From the NCBI GenBank assembly GCA_050260455.1, contig JBLNCF010000017.1, positions 639-64,638 on the forward strand: 64,000 nucleotides of DNA. The letters are read 5' to 3'. Positions 36,042 to 45,955 of this stretch are shown here, piece after piece (position 1 is the stretch's first letter; every line of letters begins with the position of its first letter). The notes under the pieces were generated by a model, which saw nothing but the letters and a program-made list of their open reading frames with translations, did no database searches and was not told where the DNA came from. The DNA is from Bacillota bacterium. GTDB taxonomy: Bacteria > Patescibacteriota > Minisyncoccia > Phycocordibacterales > Phycocordibacteraceae. Position numbers and translations under genes: made by a program.

Positions 36042-36808
36042 ACTAACGACGAGCCGACAACCTCAAGAAGTTTCTCGTGGTATTTCTTGGTGCCCGCGCA
36101 AATGAATCCGTTTATCTCTTTATCGTATCGCTGGATGTTGCCGGCAAGATCAGACGTATAGCCACCCGCTTCTTCAACAATGACCTTTGAGGCGGCTGCA
36201 TCCCAGGGACGTTTGCCGGGGAACACGACTGCCTCAATCTGACCGGCGGCAACGAGCATTTGGGCATAGATCGTCGAGCTATAGGAAAGGAAACGTACAT
36301 CGCGTTCATGGAGGCGCTCGAAGAACGAGAAATCTTTAAAGCCGCGATGGTGATCGGTCTCGATGTAGCTGCGCTCAAGTTCTGTACGTGAGGAGGTGTG
36401 TATGGATACACCATTCAAGTACGCACCGCCCCCTTTGGTCGCATGGTAGAGACGCTTGGTGTGCGGATCATGGACGACACCGAGTACCGGTTCGCCATGG
36501 TGTACCAAAGCAAGGGCAAATACATTCGTGGGAACGCCGCGCAAAAAAGGGACGGTACCGTCGATAGGATCGAAGACCCATGCGTATTCACTCTCAACTT
36601 CTTTCCTACCTTCTTCGCCCACGAGGCTATGTTCAGGGAATGCTTCGGAGAGACGAGCGATGACGAGCTCGTTCACTATACGGTCCGCGTCGGTAACGGG
36701 GGAATAGTCGTCCTTGAGTTCATGCTTACTGCCGATGCCGAATGAATCAGAGATGATGCCGCCGGCCTCGTGGGCAACGGCGGTGGCACGTGCAAGATAT
36801 TCCTCCAT
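36038..36808 (-). CDS. Inositol monophosphatase family protein
   Basis: VTDAD, GEE, WVFDPIDGT, WDAAA. Confidence 0.93.
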   Translation of the reverse strand: MEEYLARATAVAHEAGGIISDSFGIGSKHELKDDYSPVTDADRIVNELVIARLSEAFPEHSLVGEEGRKEVESEYAWVFDPIDGTVPFLRGVPTNVFALALVHHGEPVLGVVHDPHTKRLYHATKGGGAYLNGVSIHTSSRTELERSYIETDHHRGFKDFSFFERLHERDVRFLSYSSTIYAQMLVAAGQIEAVVFPGKRPWDAAASKVIVEEAGGYTSDLAGNIQRYDKEINGFICAGTKKYHEKLLEVVGSSLV

Positions 36809-36882
36809 AACGGCCTGATTGTACCTCAAAGGATTATGTAGAGTTCATGAAGCAGAAGAGGCCACAGCACAATACCAGTTGG

Positions 36883-37587
36883 TCATGCTATGGCCTCAAG
36901 TTCAGGGTAGAGAGGGAACCAGCGGATGAGTAAGAGAACCTCGCCATCCCGAAGGGTGCGCTTTTCGCTCCATCGCCGTTTGGGCATTACGAGTCTCGTG
37001 CGAGCCTCTTTCACGAAACTCAAGATGCCGTAGTACGCGCTCGATTCATGTGGTTCCGGTTCCTCGTTAGGATCGGCTGAACCATGTTCATGATGTAGAT
37101 AGTACAGATGGTCCAAGCAAAGGACTCCCTTGAATGTTTCACTCCGCTCCAAGGGTTCTTTTACAGGGGGTCCAAGCAGTACCGGCTTCACCACGAAGTC
37201 GTCGGGCGACATACCCCATTCTTCTTCGAGGCAGCGAGCGGCCGTAAGAAGCGGCTTACCCAATTCGTGTGGAAGGACGGTCTCGCTCGCGGCGTAATCC
37301 TTAGGCTCGGGGTATTCGATTTTCACCGGCTCCCCATTCTCTCCGCGATGGAGATAAATACGTCCGACCTCACGAAGTTCGTATCCGTTCGACTCAATGG
37401 CGATCTTCACGCTGTGTGCATGTCGTTCGACGCGGCCGGTCTCCTCGTTGTATTTAAGTGTCGCTTCTCCTCTCTCTATTTCCTGACAAAGATCGTCGAG
37501 GGTCTTCAGCCCCTTATTGAACTCTTCGATATCAATCCCCCCCTTGGTCAGTATCGCGATGACTTCATCGCAAATTACGTCCGCCAT
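36883..37587 (-). CDS. Hypothetical protein with degenerate Nudix-like box (orphan)
   Basis: GGGAGGT SD; SET…E…AARCLEEEWG. Confidence 0.6.
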   Translation of the reverse strand: MADVICDEVIAILTKGGIDIEEFNKGLKTLDDLCQEIERGEATLKYNEETGRVERHAHSVKIAIESNGYELREVGRIYLHRGENGEPVKIEYPEPKDYAASETVLPHELGKPLLTAARCLEEEWGMSPDDFVVKPVLLGPPVKEPLERSETFKGVLCLDHLYYLHHEHGSADPNEEPEPHESSAYYGILSFVKEARTRLVMPKRRWSEKRTLRDGEVLLLIRWFPLYPELEAIA

Positions 37588-37647
37588 GGCGGCACCTCCC
37601 AAGTGGTTTACCCACCGGAAGCGTACTATCTGAAAGACAAATTGCAA

Positions 37648-39669
37648 CTAGCCCAGTTCAGGAATGACGCGCTTTAGATCAGCGAATCCAGCAGGCTTCA
37701 CAAGATAATGGTCGAAACCTGCTCGTTTGCCGCGTTCTTTCGCTTCTTCCGTGCTGAAACCGGTGAGTGCGATGAGACGTCCTGTATAGCCACGTTCGCG
37801 GAGAAGTCTCGCCACTTCGTATCCATCACGGTCGGGGAGACCGACATCCAGCAACACAACATTAGGTGAGTGACCGATTGTCTGGTCGATGGCTTGGCCT
37901 CCATCATAGGCATACATGACACGACATCCTCGGAGCTCTAGCAATCTACCGATGCCAGCAGCAGCAGCGTCATTGTCGTCCACAACAAGTACAAGCAAAT
38001 TGTGATGAGTGGGTGCCTGCAATTCGGTCGTTGTGTCCGTGAGGGGTCGTTCAGCAAGGTCGTAGAGAGGGAGGTGAACGATGAACTGGCTCCCCTTGCC
38101 CTTGCCTGCACTCTTTGCCGTTACTGTGCCATCGTGCATTTCGACAAAACTGCGGACGAGTGCCAATCCGATGCCAAGACCTTTTTTGTTGTGAGACGTC
38201 CCGTCAGCTTGGTGGAAGGGAACAAAGATAGCCTCAAGATCTTTAGGGTGAATACCGATGCCGTGATCGCTAACGATGACCTCCACAGTCTGTTCATTAC
38301 AGAGCTGCATGGATACGGTGATGGTGTCTCCCGGATGCGTGTATTTGGAAGCGTTCGTAATGAGGTTGGAAAAGACTTGTTCAAGGCGCACCGGATCGCC
38401 GAGGACGAACTCTTTACGCTTGGGAAGTTTAAGGGCGAGAGTCTGGTGACGCTCCTTGATGTAGTGTTCGGTTGAGATGATCGCGCGACGGAGAATGCCT
38501 TCAAGTTCAAGGGGCTCCCGTTTAAGTGCAATCTTACCTTCAGAAATACGCGAGATGTCGAGCAGGTCGTCGAGAAGACGACGAATGGTATTCATACGGT
38601 CTTCCATGATGTCGAGCGTGTCGAGTTCTTCTTGGTCGCGGCCAGGCTTTAATTTCAACAGGTCAATACCGGACATAACCGGAGCAAGTGGGTTGCGCAA
38701 TTCATGAGCCAAGATGGCGATGAAATCGTTCTTCGCGTTCGATTCCGAACTGATGCGTGCGACAGCATTCTCAAGCATGGACACCTGTGAACGCATGACA
38801 TTAGTGCTCACCCGTCGATCCTCTTCGAGCGAGACAATGGTGTAGAAGAAAATGGAAAGCACAATAAGGAACAGGTCGACCTCGTACATTCGTGCGGCAA
38901 GGTCAGGACGAGGATGAGCAAGAAGGCTTCCTACGGCAAACAGTGCGAGTAGTAGAAGAGCGAGTGTTATGAAACGAGGACGAAGCCGCAGTGCAATCCA
39001 GAACAAAGGAATGAGGAGAAAATACACGAGGGGTATACCAAGCACGACGCTCACGCCCATGGGGAAGATAAGAACGGAAAGTGCGATCAAGAAACTGAAG
39101 ACCACCACAAGTTCTACCCCCTCGATGACTGATCGGTTGAATCGGGGCTTGGCAAACCACCGCAAGATAAACGGAGTGATGACCAGCAAGCTCGTTTCCA
39201 TGGCGACCCACTGACGCCACCAGGTGAGCGTCGATACCGGATAGCCGAACGCACTTCCCACCAATGCAGAAAGGAGTGGCACGATCGTTGCGGTCACCAT
39301 AGAGATGCCGATGAAATAGAACGTATCGCGATAGCGGCGGAAGAGGGGATCAATGTGCTCTCGGCGCAGCAGATATGCTCCGGCACTTGCTTGCAAGGCG
39401 GTAAAGATAGGGTAGGCAACCGTGACCAGTAGTGGTGCGTGATTGCGCAGCGCCACGATAAGCGCAGCTGCTGCCACGAATGGAGTCATACGCATGCCTC
39501 CGAAGAAGAAACCGGCGAGCGCTATGGCTGCCGCAGGGTATATCTGAACGCCAGGTGGCGTGAATATCCAGGCGAGTTCAGCGACGAAGACATATCCGGC
39601 GAATGTCAGTGCTGCCGTCCGCAACTCTTGGAACGTGTACGGGCGGAGATAGGAGGAGAACCGAGTCAT
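37648..39669 (-). CDS. Hybrid sensor histidine kinase (MASE1-like TM + HisKA + HATPase + receiver)
   Basis: LAHELRNPL, NLITNASKY, DHGIGI, GLGIGL; VVDD, LLDVGLP, KP. Confidence 0.93.
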   Translation of the reverse strand: MTRFSSYLRPYTFQELRTAALTFAGYVFVAELAWIFTPPGVQIYPAAAIALAGFFFGGMRMTPFVAAAALIVALRNHAPLLVTVAYPIFTALQASAGAYLLRREHIDPLFRRYRDTFYFIGISMVTATIVPLLSALVGSAFGYPVSTLTWWRQWVAMETSLLVITPFILRWFAKPRFNRSVIEGVELVVVFSFLIALSVLIFPMGVSVVLGIPLVYFLLIPLFWIALRLRPRFITLALLLLALFAVGSLLAHPRPDLAARMYEVDLFLIVLSIFFYTIVSLEEDRRVSTNVMRSQVSMLENAVARISSESNAKNDFIAILAHELRNPLAPVMSGIDLLKLKPGRDQEELDTLDIMEDRMNTIRRLLDDLLDISRISEGKIALKREPLELEGILRRAIISTEHYIKERHQTLALKLPKRKEFVLGDPVRLEQVFSNLITNASKYTHPGDTITVSMQLCNEQTVEVIVSDHGIGIHPKDLEAIFVPFHQADGTSHNKKGLGIGLALVRSFVEMHDGTVTAKSAGKGKGSQFIVHLPLYDLAERPLTDTTTELQAPTHHNLLVLVVDDNDAAAAGIGRLLELRGCRVMYAYDGGQAIDQTIGHSPNVVLLDVGLPDRDGYEVARLLRERGYTGRLIALTGFSTEEAKERGKRAGFDHYLVKPAGFADLKRVIPELG

Positions 39670-39713
39670 GTGGTAGTAGTGCCGAGTATAGCAGGGAGAA
39701 AAATGAACGATTA

Positions 39714-39746
39714 ATGAAAATCGCCGGGTGATCCGGCGATTTTCAT
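39714..39746 (-). terminator. Terminator after rpsA
   Basis: atgaaaatcgccgg / ccggcgattttcat. Confidence 0.8.
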
Positions 39747-39751
39747 CTTTC

Positions 39752-40873
39752 TTACTTCTTCTTACCCGAGTAGGAGAGCGTCATGCGCTGATCCTTTGGC
39801 TCGAAGAGCGTGATGGTGAACGGATAGGCCTTGCCAAGTTCGAGAGTCTCGCGAAGCTCTGCTGGGGAAGCGAACTCGCTGATATGTACGAGGCCAGCGA
39901 CACCTTCCTCGATGGAAGCGAGTGCGCCATGCTTGTTGTACTTGATGATGACACCCTCGACTTCCATACCCTTCTTGTAGCGATCAGATGCCGTCTTCCA
40001 CGGATTCTCCTTGAGAGCCTTGATGGAGAGGGAAATCTTGCCGTCCTTGATCTCGATGACCTTCACCTGAACCTTGTCGCCCACATTGAAGAGGGCGCGA
40101 GGATCCTCAACGAGACCCCAGTCGAGTTCGCTGATGTGTACGAGACCCTCGAGACCCTGCTCGAGCTTCACGAAGACACCGAAGTCGACAGCGCCCGTGA
40201 CTTCGCCTTCAACGACATCTCCCACCTGGTACTTGTCGATAAGGTTTGCCTTCTCCTGCTCCTCGTCACCGGCGCGCTCAGAGAAGATGAGCTTACCCTC
40301 CTTCGGATCTGCGGTGATGATGCGGACCGGGAGGACCTGGCCCACGAGCTTCACAAGCTCACCGAAGATCTTCTCCTTGTCGCCTTCCGGAACACGCGGA
40401 TAGTGCTCCTTGGCAAGCTGGGAAGCAGGGAGGAAGCCCTGGATGCCCTGCCAGGAAAGGATAAGGCCACCCTTGTTGGCTTCTTCAACCGTGAGGTTGT
40501 AAATGGTCTGGCTTACGATTGCGGTTTCCGCTTCGCTCCAGATAGCTGCCTGACGAGCCTCCTTGAGGGAAAGTTCGATATAGCCCTCGATGCCTGCCGC
40601 ATCGACGACCTTGGCGGTGATGACATCCCCTGGGTTTGCCTTGCGAAGCACGTCGGCTGCGTTCAGGTATTCACGACCGTAGATGATGCCGGTGCCGTAG
40701 GGCGGGAGGTCGACATAGAGACGACCCCGAACGAGCTCAATAATCGTACCCTCCACGAGATCACCCGGACGGGGTGGGGCAGGAATGCGGTCGATAAGCC
40801 CCTCCATCGGATGGCCGGGCTCCACAACTACAGTACTTGCGACCGGAGCGGTCACTTTCTTCTCCTCTTCCAT
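39752..40873 (-). CDS. rpsA: 30S ribosomal protein S1 (four S1 domains)
   Basis: GFLPASQL, FGVFV…EGLVHISEL, GLVHISE repeats; start at MEEEKKV. Confidence 0.92.
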   Translation of the reverse strand: MEEEKKVTAPVASTVVVEPGHPMEGLIDRIPAPPRPGDLVEGTIIELVRGRLYVDLPPYGTGIIYGREYLNAADVLRKANPGDVITAKVVDAAGIEGYIELSLKEARQAAIWSEAETAIVSQTIYNLTVEEANKGGLILSWQGIQGFLPASQLAKEHYPRVPEGDKEKIFGELVKLVGQVLPVRIITADPKEGKLIFSERAGDEEQEKANLIDKYQVGDVVEGEVTGAVDFGVFVKLEQGLEGLVHISELDWGLVEDPRALFNVGDKVQVKVIEIKDGKISLSIKALKENPWKTASDRYKKGMEVEGVIIKYNKHGALASIEEGVAGLVHISEFASPAELRETLELGKAYPFTITLFEPKDQRMTLSYSGKKK

Positions 40874-41110
40874 ATATAAAGGACGCGTGCGTTCGCGGCG
40901 GGTACTGATTCCTTGCGGTTTCAGGGCTAGCCCACTCGCTACTGGCCTCGCGTACTGACGATCGGAATATACCAGATTATATATAAAGTGAAAACCCCCG
41001 CAGAGCTTCCGAGGAAGACTGCGGGGGTTGGTCGAATCCGGCTCGACCACCGAAAGGGGTTTATGACCAGGGCAGGGCAGGACGAGGTCCTACCGCGGCC
41101 CGAGCCAGGT

Positions 41111-41209
41111 TCAGGTGGCCGTGTCGTGGCCCAGGGCGCCGGCGCCGTCGGTGAAGGCCTTCATCGTCATCGCGTGAGGAGGACTCGTCTTTTGGAACCT
41201 GTGGGTCAT
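41111..41209 (-). CDS. Small hypothetical protein, 32 aa
   Basis: GGGAGGT SD before ATG; TTGACA-16-TAGCGT promoter; downstream hairpin near 40993-41029. Confidence 0.45.
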   Translation of the reverse strand: MTHRFQKTSPPHAMTMKAFTDGAGALGHDTAT

Positions 41210-41555
41210 GGTGACCTCCCTTTGAGTTCTACCGGAAACAGTCATCCTGGCTGCCCAGGTGCTTCCAGTGTCAGGCCGGATGGCAAGACCTGGTAACGCT
41301 AGCATGGCCGTCGCGTTTGTCAAACGCGAAAAGTGTGGTGTGGATAACTTTCTTGGTGAGGCGAGCAGGGGAGTGGGGAAAAGGAAGAAGAGCTCGACCC
41401 CCGATCGAGCTCTTCTAAATGACCCTCCTTTCGTCTGCGCGGCAAAGCCGCTCGGTTGAAAAAGGGAGAGGGTAAGCAGGTACTACATATAGCCTAGCAC
41501 GTGTCCCGGATTCTTGTTTCTGCTAATTCCCTTTCGTGATAAAATTGAAGCATTC

Positions 41556-42197
41556 ATGGTTATCACCCACCACGGCGGTCAGTGCTTTAAGGTCACCTTT
41601 GGTGACCTGACGCTTGTCTTCGACCCCATCTCAAAGAAAGGCTCTCTCCCAGCTGTTCGTTTCGGAGCAGACATTGCGCTTGTCTCCCGCAATCACCCAG
41701 ACATGAACGGCGTGGATGAAGTCTCCTTCGCGGGTAAAGAGCCCTTCGTCATCAGTGGACCGGGCGAATACGAGCACTCGGGCGTCACCGTGCAGGGCTT
41801 TATGACTAAGAGCGAGTACGGGCTCGCTAAAGGGCAGTCCGAAGCAGTGAACACGGTATATGCCGTGAACCTCGAAGGGATGACATTGGTCCACTTGGGT
41901 GCCATGAGCGATCCTATGCTTTCCCAGGAAGCGCGCGAAGCCATTGATGAAATAGATGTGCTCTTCCTTCCGGTTGGTGGGGATGGTGTACTCGATGCGG
42001 CTGCAGCAACCAAGCTCGCCGTGACACTTGAGCCCCGTATCATTATTCCTATGCACTGGAGCGGCATGGGCGAGCCCAAGTCGCTCGATCTTTACCTCAA
42101 GGAGGAAGGTAATGGGTCAGAGAAGGTCGATAAACTTACGCTCAAAAAGAAGGATGCAGCCGAAAAGGATGGTGCTATCATAGTGATAACGCCCTAA
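41556..42197 (+). CDS. MBL-fold protein (Lactamase_B_3-like)
   Basis: MVITHHGGQCF, FDP, SRNHPDMN, GPGEYE, IIIPMH. Confidence 0.88.
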   Translation: MVITHHGGQCFKVTFGDLTLVFDPISKKGSLPAVRFGADIALVSRNHPDMNGVDEVSFAGKEPFVISGPGEYEHSGVTVQGFMTKSEYGLAKGQSEAVNTVYAVNLEGMTLVHLGAMSDPMLSQEAREAIDEIDVLFLPVGGDGVLDAAAATKLAVTLEPRIIIPMHWSGMGEPKSLDLYLKEEGNGSEKVDKLTLKKKDAAEKDGAIIVITP

Positions 42198-42208
42198 TCC
42201 CCTTGCCT

Positions 42209-42571
42209 ATGGAACCCAAGCGTATACACGAAGTCGTCCATACGCTCCGCCAGAAACCGCAGCATGTGCGGGAGAATATCGCTCTCGGTGTTTCGGGAGG
42301 TGTTACCCTCCTCGTGGCACTCGGTTGGCTTGCCGCGACAGTCTCGGGCGGCGTGCTCGCTCCTTCATCCGGCACCCTCGCGGATAACCACGCAGATGTA
42401 AAACAGGCGTTGTCCGATGGACAAAACAACTTCTCGACACTTCTCGGTGCTGCAGGAGCTGCTATGGGTGCAAGTTCGTCTCCTGCAACCATCACGATCG
42501 TTGATACGGAGGTACATTCCACGCTCGACCAGCCTTCCGTTCCTGCTGACGCGACCGTCATTCACTTTTAA
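42209..42571 (+). CDS. Hypothetical single-TM protein
   Basis: [14 protein letters not shown] followed by TM; ends 2 nt before gyrA. Confidence 0.75.
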   Translation: MEPKRIHEVVHTLRQKPQHVRENIALGVSGGVTLLVALGWLAATVSGGVLAPSSGTLADNHADVKQALSDGQNNFSTLLGAAGAAMGASSSPATITIVDTEVHSTLDQPSVPADATVIHF

Positions 42572-42573
42572 GT

Positions 42574-45045
42574 ATGGCTAAGAAGAAGTCTGAAGACGCA
42601 GCACCGGCGCCGATTGAGCGCGTTTCCATAATTGATCAGCCTATTGTGGCCGAGATGCGTTCCTCGTATCTCGACTACGCGATGTCGGTCATCACCTCGC
42701 GCGCGCTTCCTGATGTGCGTGACGGATTGAAGCCAGTGCATCGCCGCATCCTCTATGCCATGGGCGAGCTCGGTCTTTCCGCGAGCGCGAAGTTCCGCAA
42801 GTCGGCACTCGTGGTGGGTGAGGTGCTCGGTAAGTACCATCCACACGGCGATGTGGCGGTGTACGACGCGATGGTGAAGCTTGCACAGGACTTCACGACG
42901 CGATATCCGCTCGTGCTCGGACAGGGAAACTTCGGCTCGGTGGACGGCGACCCTCCTGCCGCCATGCGTTATACCGAAGCCAAAATGTCGCGGTTGGGAA
43001 GCGACATGCTTCGCGATTTGGAAAAGGAGACCGTCGACTGGACCCCGAACTATGACGGTTCGCATCAAGAACCCCTGGTGCTTCCAGCTGCCGTACCGAA
43101 CCTTCTTTTGAACGGTACGCTTGGTATCGCCGTGGGTATGGCGACCAATATTCCGCCACATAACCTGCGTGAAGTGGCCGCTGCGACTATTCATTTGATA
43201 GAGAATCCCGAGGCCACCACCGACGATCTTCTTGGGTTCGTGAAGGGCCCCGACTTCCCTCTCGGTGGTATCGCATTTAATCAGGCTGACATTAAGCATG
43301 CGTACACTAACGGCAAAGGCCCCGTCGTGGTACGTGGTGAGGCGGACATTGTCGAAGACAAAAAGGGAACGCAGATCGTCATCACTTCCATTCCGTTCCG
43401 GGTAAATAAAGCTGACCTTATTACCCGCATTGCAGAGCTTGTACGTGATAAGAAGATCGAAGGTATTAGAGACCTTCGCGATGAATCCACTGCCGATATT
43501 CGTGTGGTGGTAGAGCTGAAGGGTACAGCGCACCCACAGAACGTACTGAACGCCCTCTACAAACACACCGAGCTTGAGAGCACCTTCCACTACAACATGC
43601 TTGCGCTTGTTGAGGGAGTACCGGAAACGCTCTCTCTAAAGAGCATGATCGAGCACTTCATTGCGCATCGCGAAGTGGTGGTGAAGCGCCGCACGGAATA
43701 TGATCTGCGTAAGGCGGAAGAGCGCGAGCACATTCTTCTCGGTCTCTCCAAAGCACTCGACCATATTGATGAGGTCATTGCCATCATCAAGAAATCCAAG
43801 GATGTCCCGACTGCGAGCGAGGCGCTCATGAAGAAGTTTGGTTTCAGTGATCGCCAGACTGCTGCAATTCTCGCCATGCGCCTCCAGACGCTTGCTGGTC
43901 TTGAACGCAAGAAGATCGAGGACGAACTTACCGAGATCCAGGAAATCATCAAGAAGCTCAAGAAAATCCTTTCTTCGCAGAAGAATATTCTCGCAGTCGT
44001 GCGTGATGAGCTTTCCGAGGTTGCCGAAAAGTACGGCGATGATCGCCGCACGAAGATAGTGAGGGGTGGCGTGAAGAACATCTCGATTGAGGATCTCGTG
44101 CCGGACGAAGAGTCCGTCCTCGTCCTTACCGCAGGGGGGTATGTGAAGCGCACCAACCCAAATGAGTACAAGGCGCAGAAGCGCGGTGGCGTGGGTGTCA
44201 TCGATATGTCCACCAAGGAAGAGGATGTGGTCACGCACTTCTTGGTGGCGTCCGCCCATTCAGACCTCCTCTTCTTCACGGACAAGGGAAAGGCGTATCA
44301 GACCAAGATGTACGACATTCCGGAGGGTCGCCGCGCAACTAAGGGTAAGTCCATCATGAACTTCCTGCCGCTTGCTGCCGACGAAAAAGTGACGAGCGTG
44401 CTCCCGGTGCCTAAGGGAGCAGCACGCGATGCCATGAGTGTATTCTTCGTGACCTCCGAGGGCGTCGTAAAGAAAGTCGAAGCCAAGAACTTTGCCGACG
44501 TGCGCCGCTCGGGAATCATCGCCATCAATCTGAAGGGCAGCGATCGCCTGGTCTCTGCCATGCTTGCAGGAGATGGCGACTCCATTTCTATAGTGACCTC
44601 AAAGGGTCAATCCATTCGTTTTGATGAAGCCGATGCGCGTGCCATGGGCCGCACGGCTGCTGGAGTGCGCGGCATGAGCGTGAAGAAGGGTGATTACGTT
44701 GTATCGGCTGAAGTGGTGCCGGCTGATGCAAAGAATGCATCGCTCCTCGTCATCATGGATAAGGGGTATGGCAAGCAGACTGCCATGAGCGAATACAAGG
44801 TGCAGGGCCGCGGCGGCTCGGGCATCAAGACTGCCGAAGTGACCGCGAAGACTGGTGAGATCATCGGCGCGAAGATTCTGCTCGGTGATGAGGCGAACGA
44901 GCAAGAAGTGGTGGTCATTTCGAAGAAGGGCCAGGTTATTCGTTGTTCGGCCGGCGAGATTCCTTCGCTGTCACGCGCAACCCAGGGCGTCCGCATTATG
45001 AAGATGCGCGAAGGCGATTCCATTGCCTCGATGGTGGCGCTGTAA
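42574..45045 (+). CDS. gyrA: DNA gyrase subunit A
   Basis: [29 protein letters not shown], GyrA-box QKRGGVG. Confidence 0.99.
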   Translation: MAKKKSEDAAPAPIERVSIIDQPIVAEMRSSYLDYAMSVITSRALPDVRDGLKPVHRRILYAMGELGLSASAKFRKSALVVGEVLGKYHPHGDVAVYDAMVKLAQDFTTRYPLVLGQGNFGSVDGDPPAAMRYTEAKMSRLGSDMLRDLEKETVDWTPNYDGSHQEPLVLPAAVPNLLLNGTLGIAVGMATNIPPHNLREVAAATIHLIENPEATTDDLLGFVKGPDFPLGGIAFNQADIKHAYTNGKGPVVVRGEADIVEDKKGTQIVITSIPFRVNKADLITRIAELVRDKKIEGIRDLRDESTADIRVVVELKGTAHPQNVLNALYKHTELESTFHYNMLALVEGVPETLSLKSMIEHFIAHREVVVKRRTEYDLRKAEEREHILLGLSKALDHIDEVIAIIKKSKDVPTASEALMKKFGFSDRQTAAILAMRLQTLAGLERKKIEDELTEIQEIIKKLKKILSSQKNILAVVRDELSEVAEKYGDDRRTKIVRGGVKNISIEDLVPDEESVLVLTAGGYVKRTNPNEYKAQKRGGVGVIDMSTKEEDVVTHFLVASAHSDLLFFTDKGKAYQTKMYDIPEGRRATKGKSIMNFLPLAADEKVTSVLPVPKGAARDAMSVFFVTSEGVVKKVEAKNFADVRRSGIIAINLKGSDRLVSAMLAGDGDSISIVTSKGQSIRFDEADARAMGRTAAGVRGMSVKKGDYVVSAEVVPADAKNASLLVIMDKGYGKQTAMSEYKVQGRGGSGIKTAEVTAKTGEIIGAKILLGDEANEQEVVVISKKGQVIRCSAGEIPSLSRATQGVRIMKMREGDSIASMVAL

Positions 45046-45137
45046 CCAGTGCTTCGTTGACACTCCTGGCTGCGGGAGTAAGCTCTCTGCAGGGCTGAGA
45101 ACGGGTCTCAGCCTTGTATTGTTACGGGGGAGTTACC

Positions 45138-45311
45138 GTGAAAGATCGTCAATTGTCGGATGCAGAACGCCAGGACCATGATCATGGCCACGTGCAGCGC
45201 CGGGAAACCTTCAGCGGAGGTCCGCTGGGGATCAGTCCCAGCGCGAGCGCGTGGAGGAACAGTCCGGCCGGGCAAGCCTACTGCAATCCGCCCAAGCATC
45301 GCCTCTTGTAA
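45138..45311 (+). CDS. Small hypothetical protein, 57 aa
   Basis: GGGGGAG SD + GTG; TTGACA-16-TAAGCT promoter; terminator-like hairpin near 45335-45368. Confidence 0.5.
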   Translation: MKDRQLSDAERQDHDHGHVQRRETFSGGPLGISPSASAWRNSPAGQAYCNPPKHRLL

Positions 45312-45422
45312 CTAAGAGGACCGGACGGTCATCGGGGCGCGTCGTTCACTCGGCGCGCCTTCTCTTTTATAGTCAGTGCACAAGAACGGCATGCGTATAA
45401 TCGCGCGTGCTATTTTTATTGC

Positions 45423-45953
45423 ATGCACTTTGCGGACCCGACGACAAACGTTCTCCAGATGGGACTTTCAGATGGCATGAAAGTTGCCGATCTTGGTGCG
45501 GGCTCGGGACACTATGCGCTCGCTGCGGCAGGAATTATCGGTCCTGCCGGTCGTGTGTACGCAGTGGATATCCAAGAAGATGTGTTGAAGCATGTCCGTG
45601 ATGAAGCGGGCAAGCGGGGCCTTAAGAATGTAGAAACTATCTGGGGAGATTTTGAGCGACCCGGAGGCACGAAACTTCGCGACGGGGTTGTTGATGCCGT
45701 GATTCTTTCAAATGTTTTGTTCCAGCTTGAAGACCGCTATTCCGCAGTCGCCGAGATTCGTCGCATTCTCGCACCAGGAGGGAAACTGCTCGTCGCTGAC
45801 TGGGCAGGGGCGTTCGGGGGTCTTGGTCCCGCCGAGGAGCACATCGTATCTGAACGCGACGCGGAGGAACTTTTCATAACGGCTGGGTTCCATAAAGTGA
45901 AGAGCTTCCGTGCTGGTCCCCATCATTACGCTATTATGTTCACATCTCCCTAG
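45423..45953 (+). CDS. Class I SAM-dependent methyltransferase
   Basis: VADLGAGSG, YAVDIQ, LAPGGKLLVADW. Confidence 0.92.
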   Translation: MHFADPTTNVLQMGLSDGMKVADLGAGSGHYALAAAGIIGPAGRVYAVDIQEDVLKHVRDEAGKRGLKNVETIWGDFERPGGTKLRDGVVDAVILSNVLFQLEDRYSAVAEIRRILAPGGKLLVADWAGAFGGLGPAEEHIVSERDAEELFITAGFHKVKSFRAGPHHYAIMFTSP

Positions 45954-45955
45954 CT

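Noticed and set aside
41339-41347. DnaA box as a possible oriC
   Set aside because: Isolated box with no cluster, no AT-rich unwinding element and no dnaA nearby
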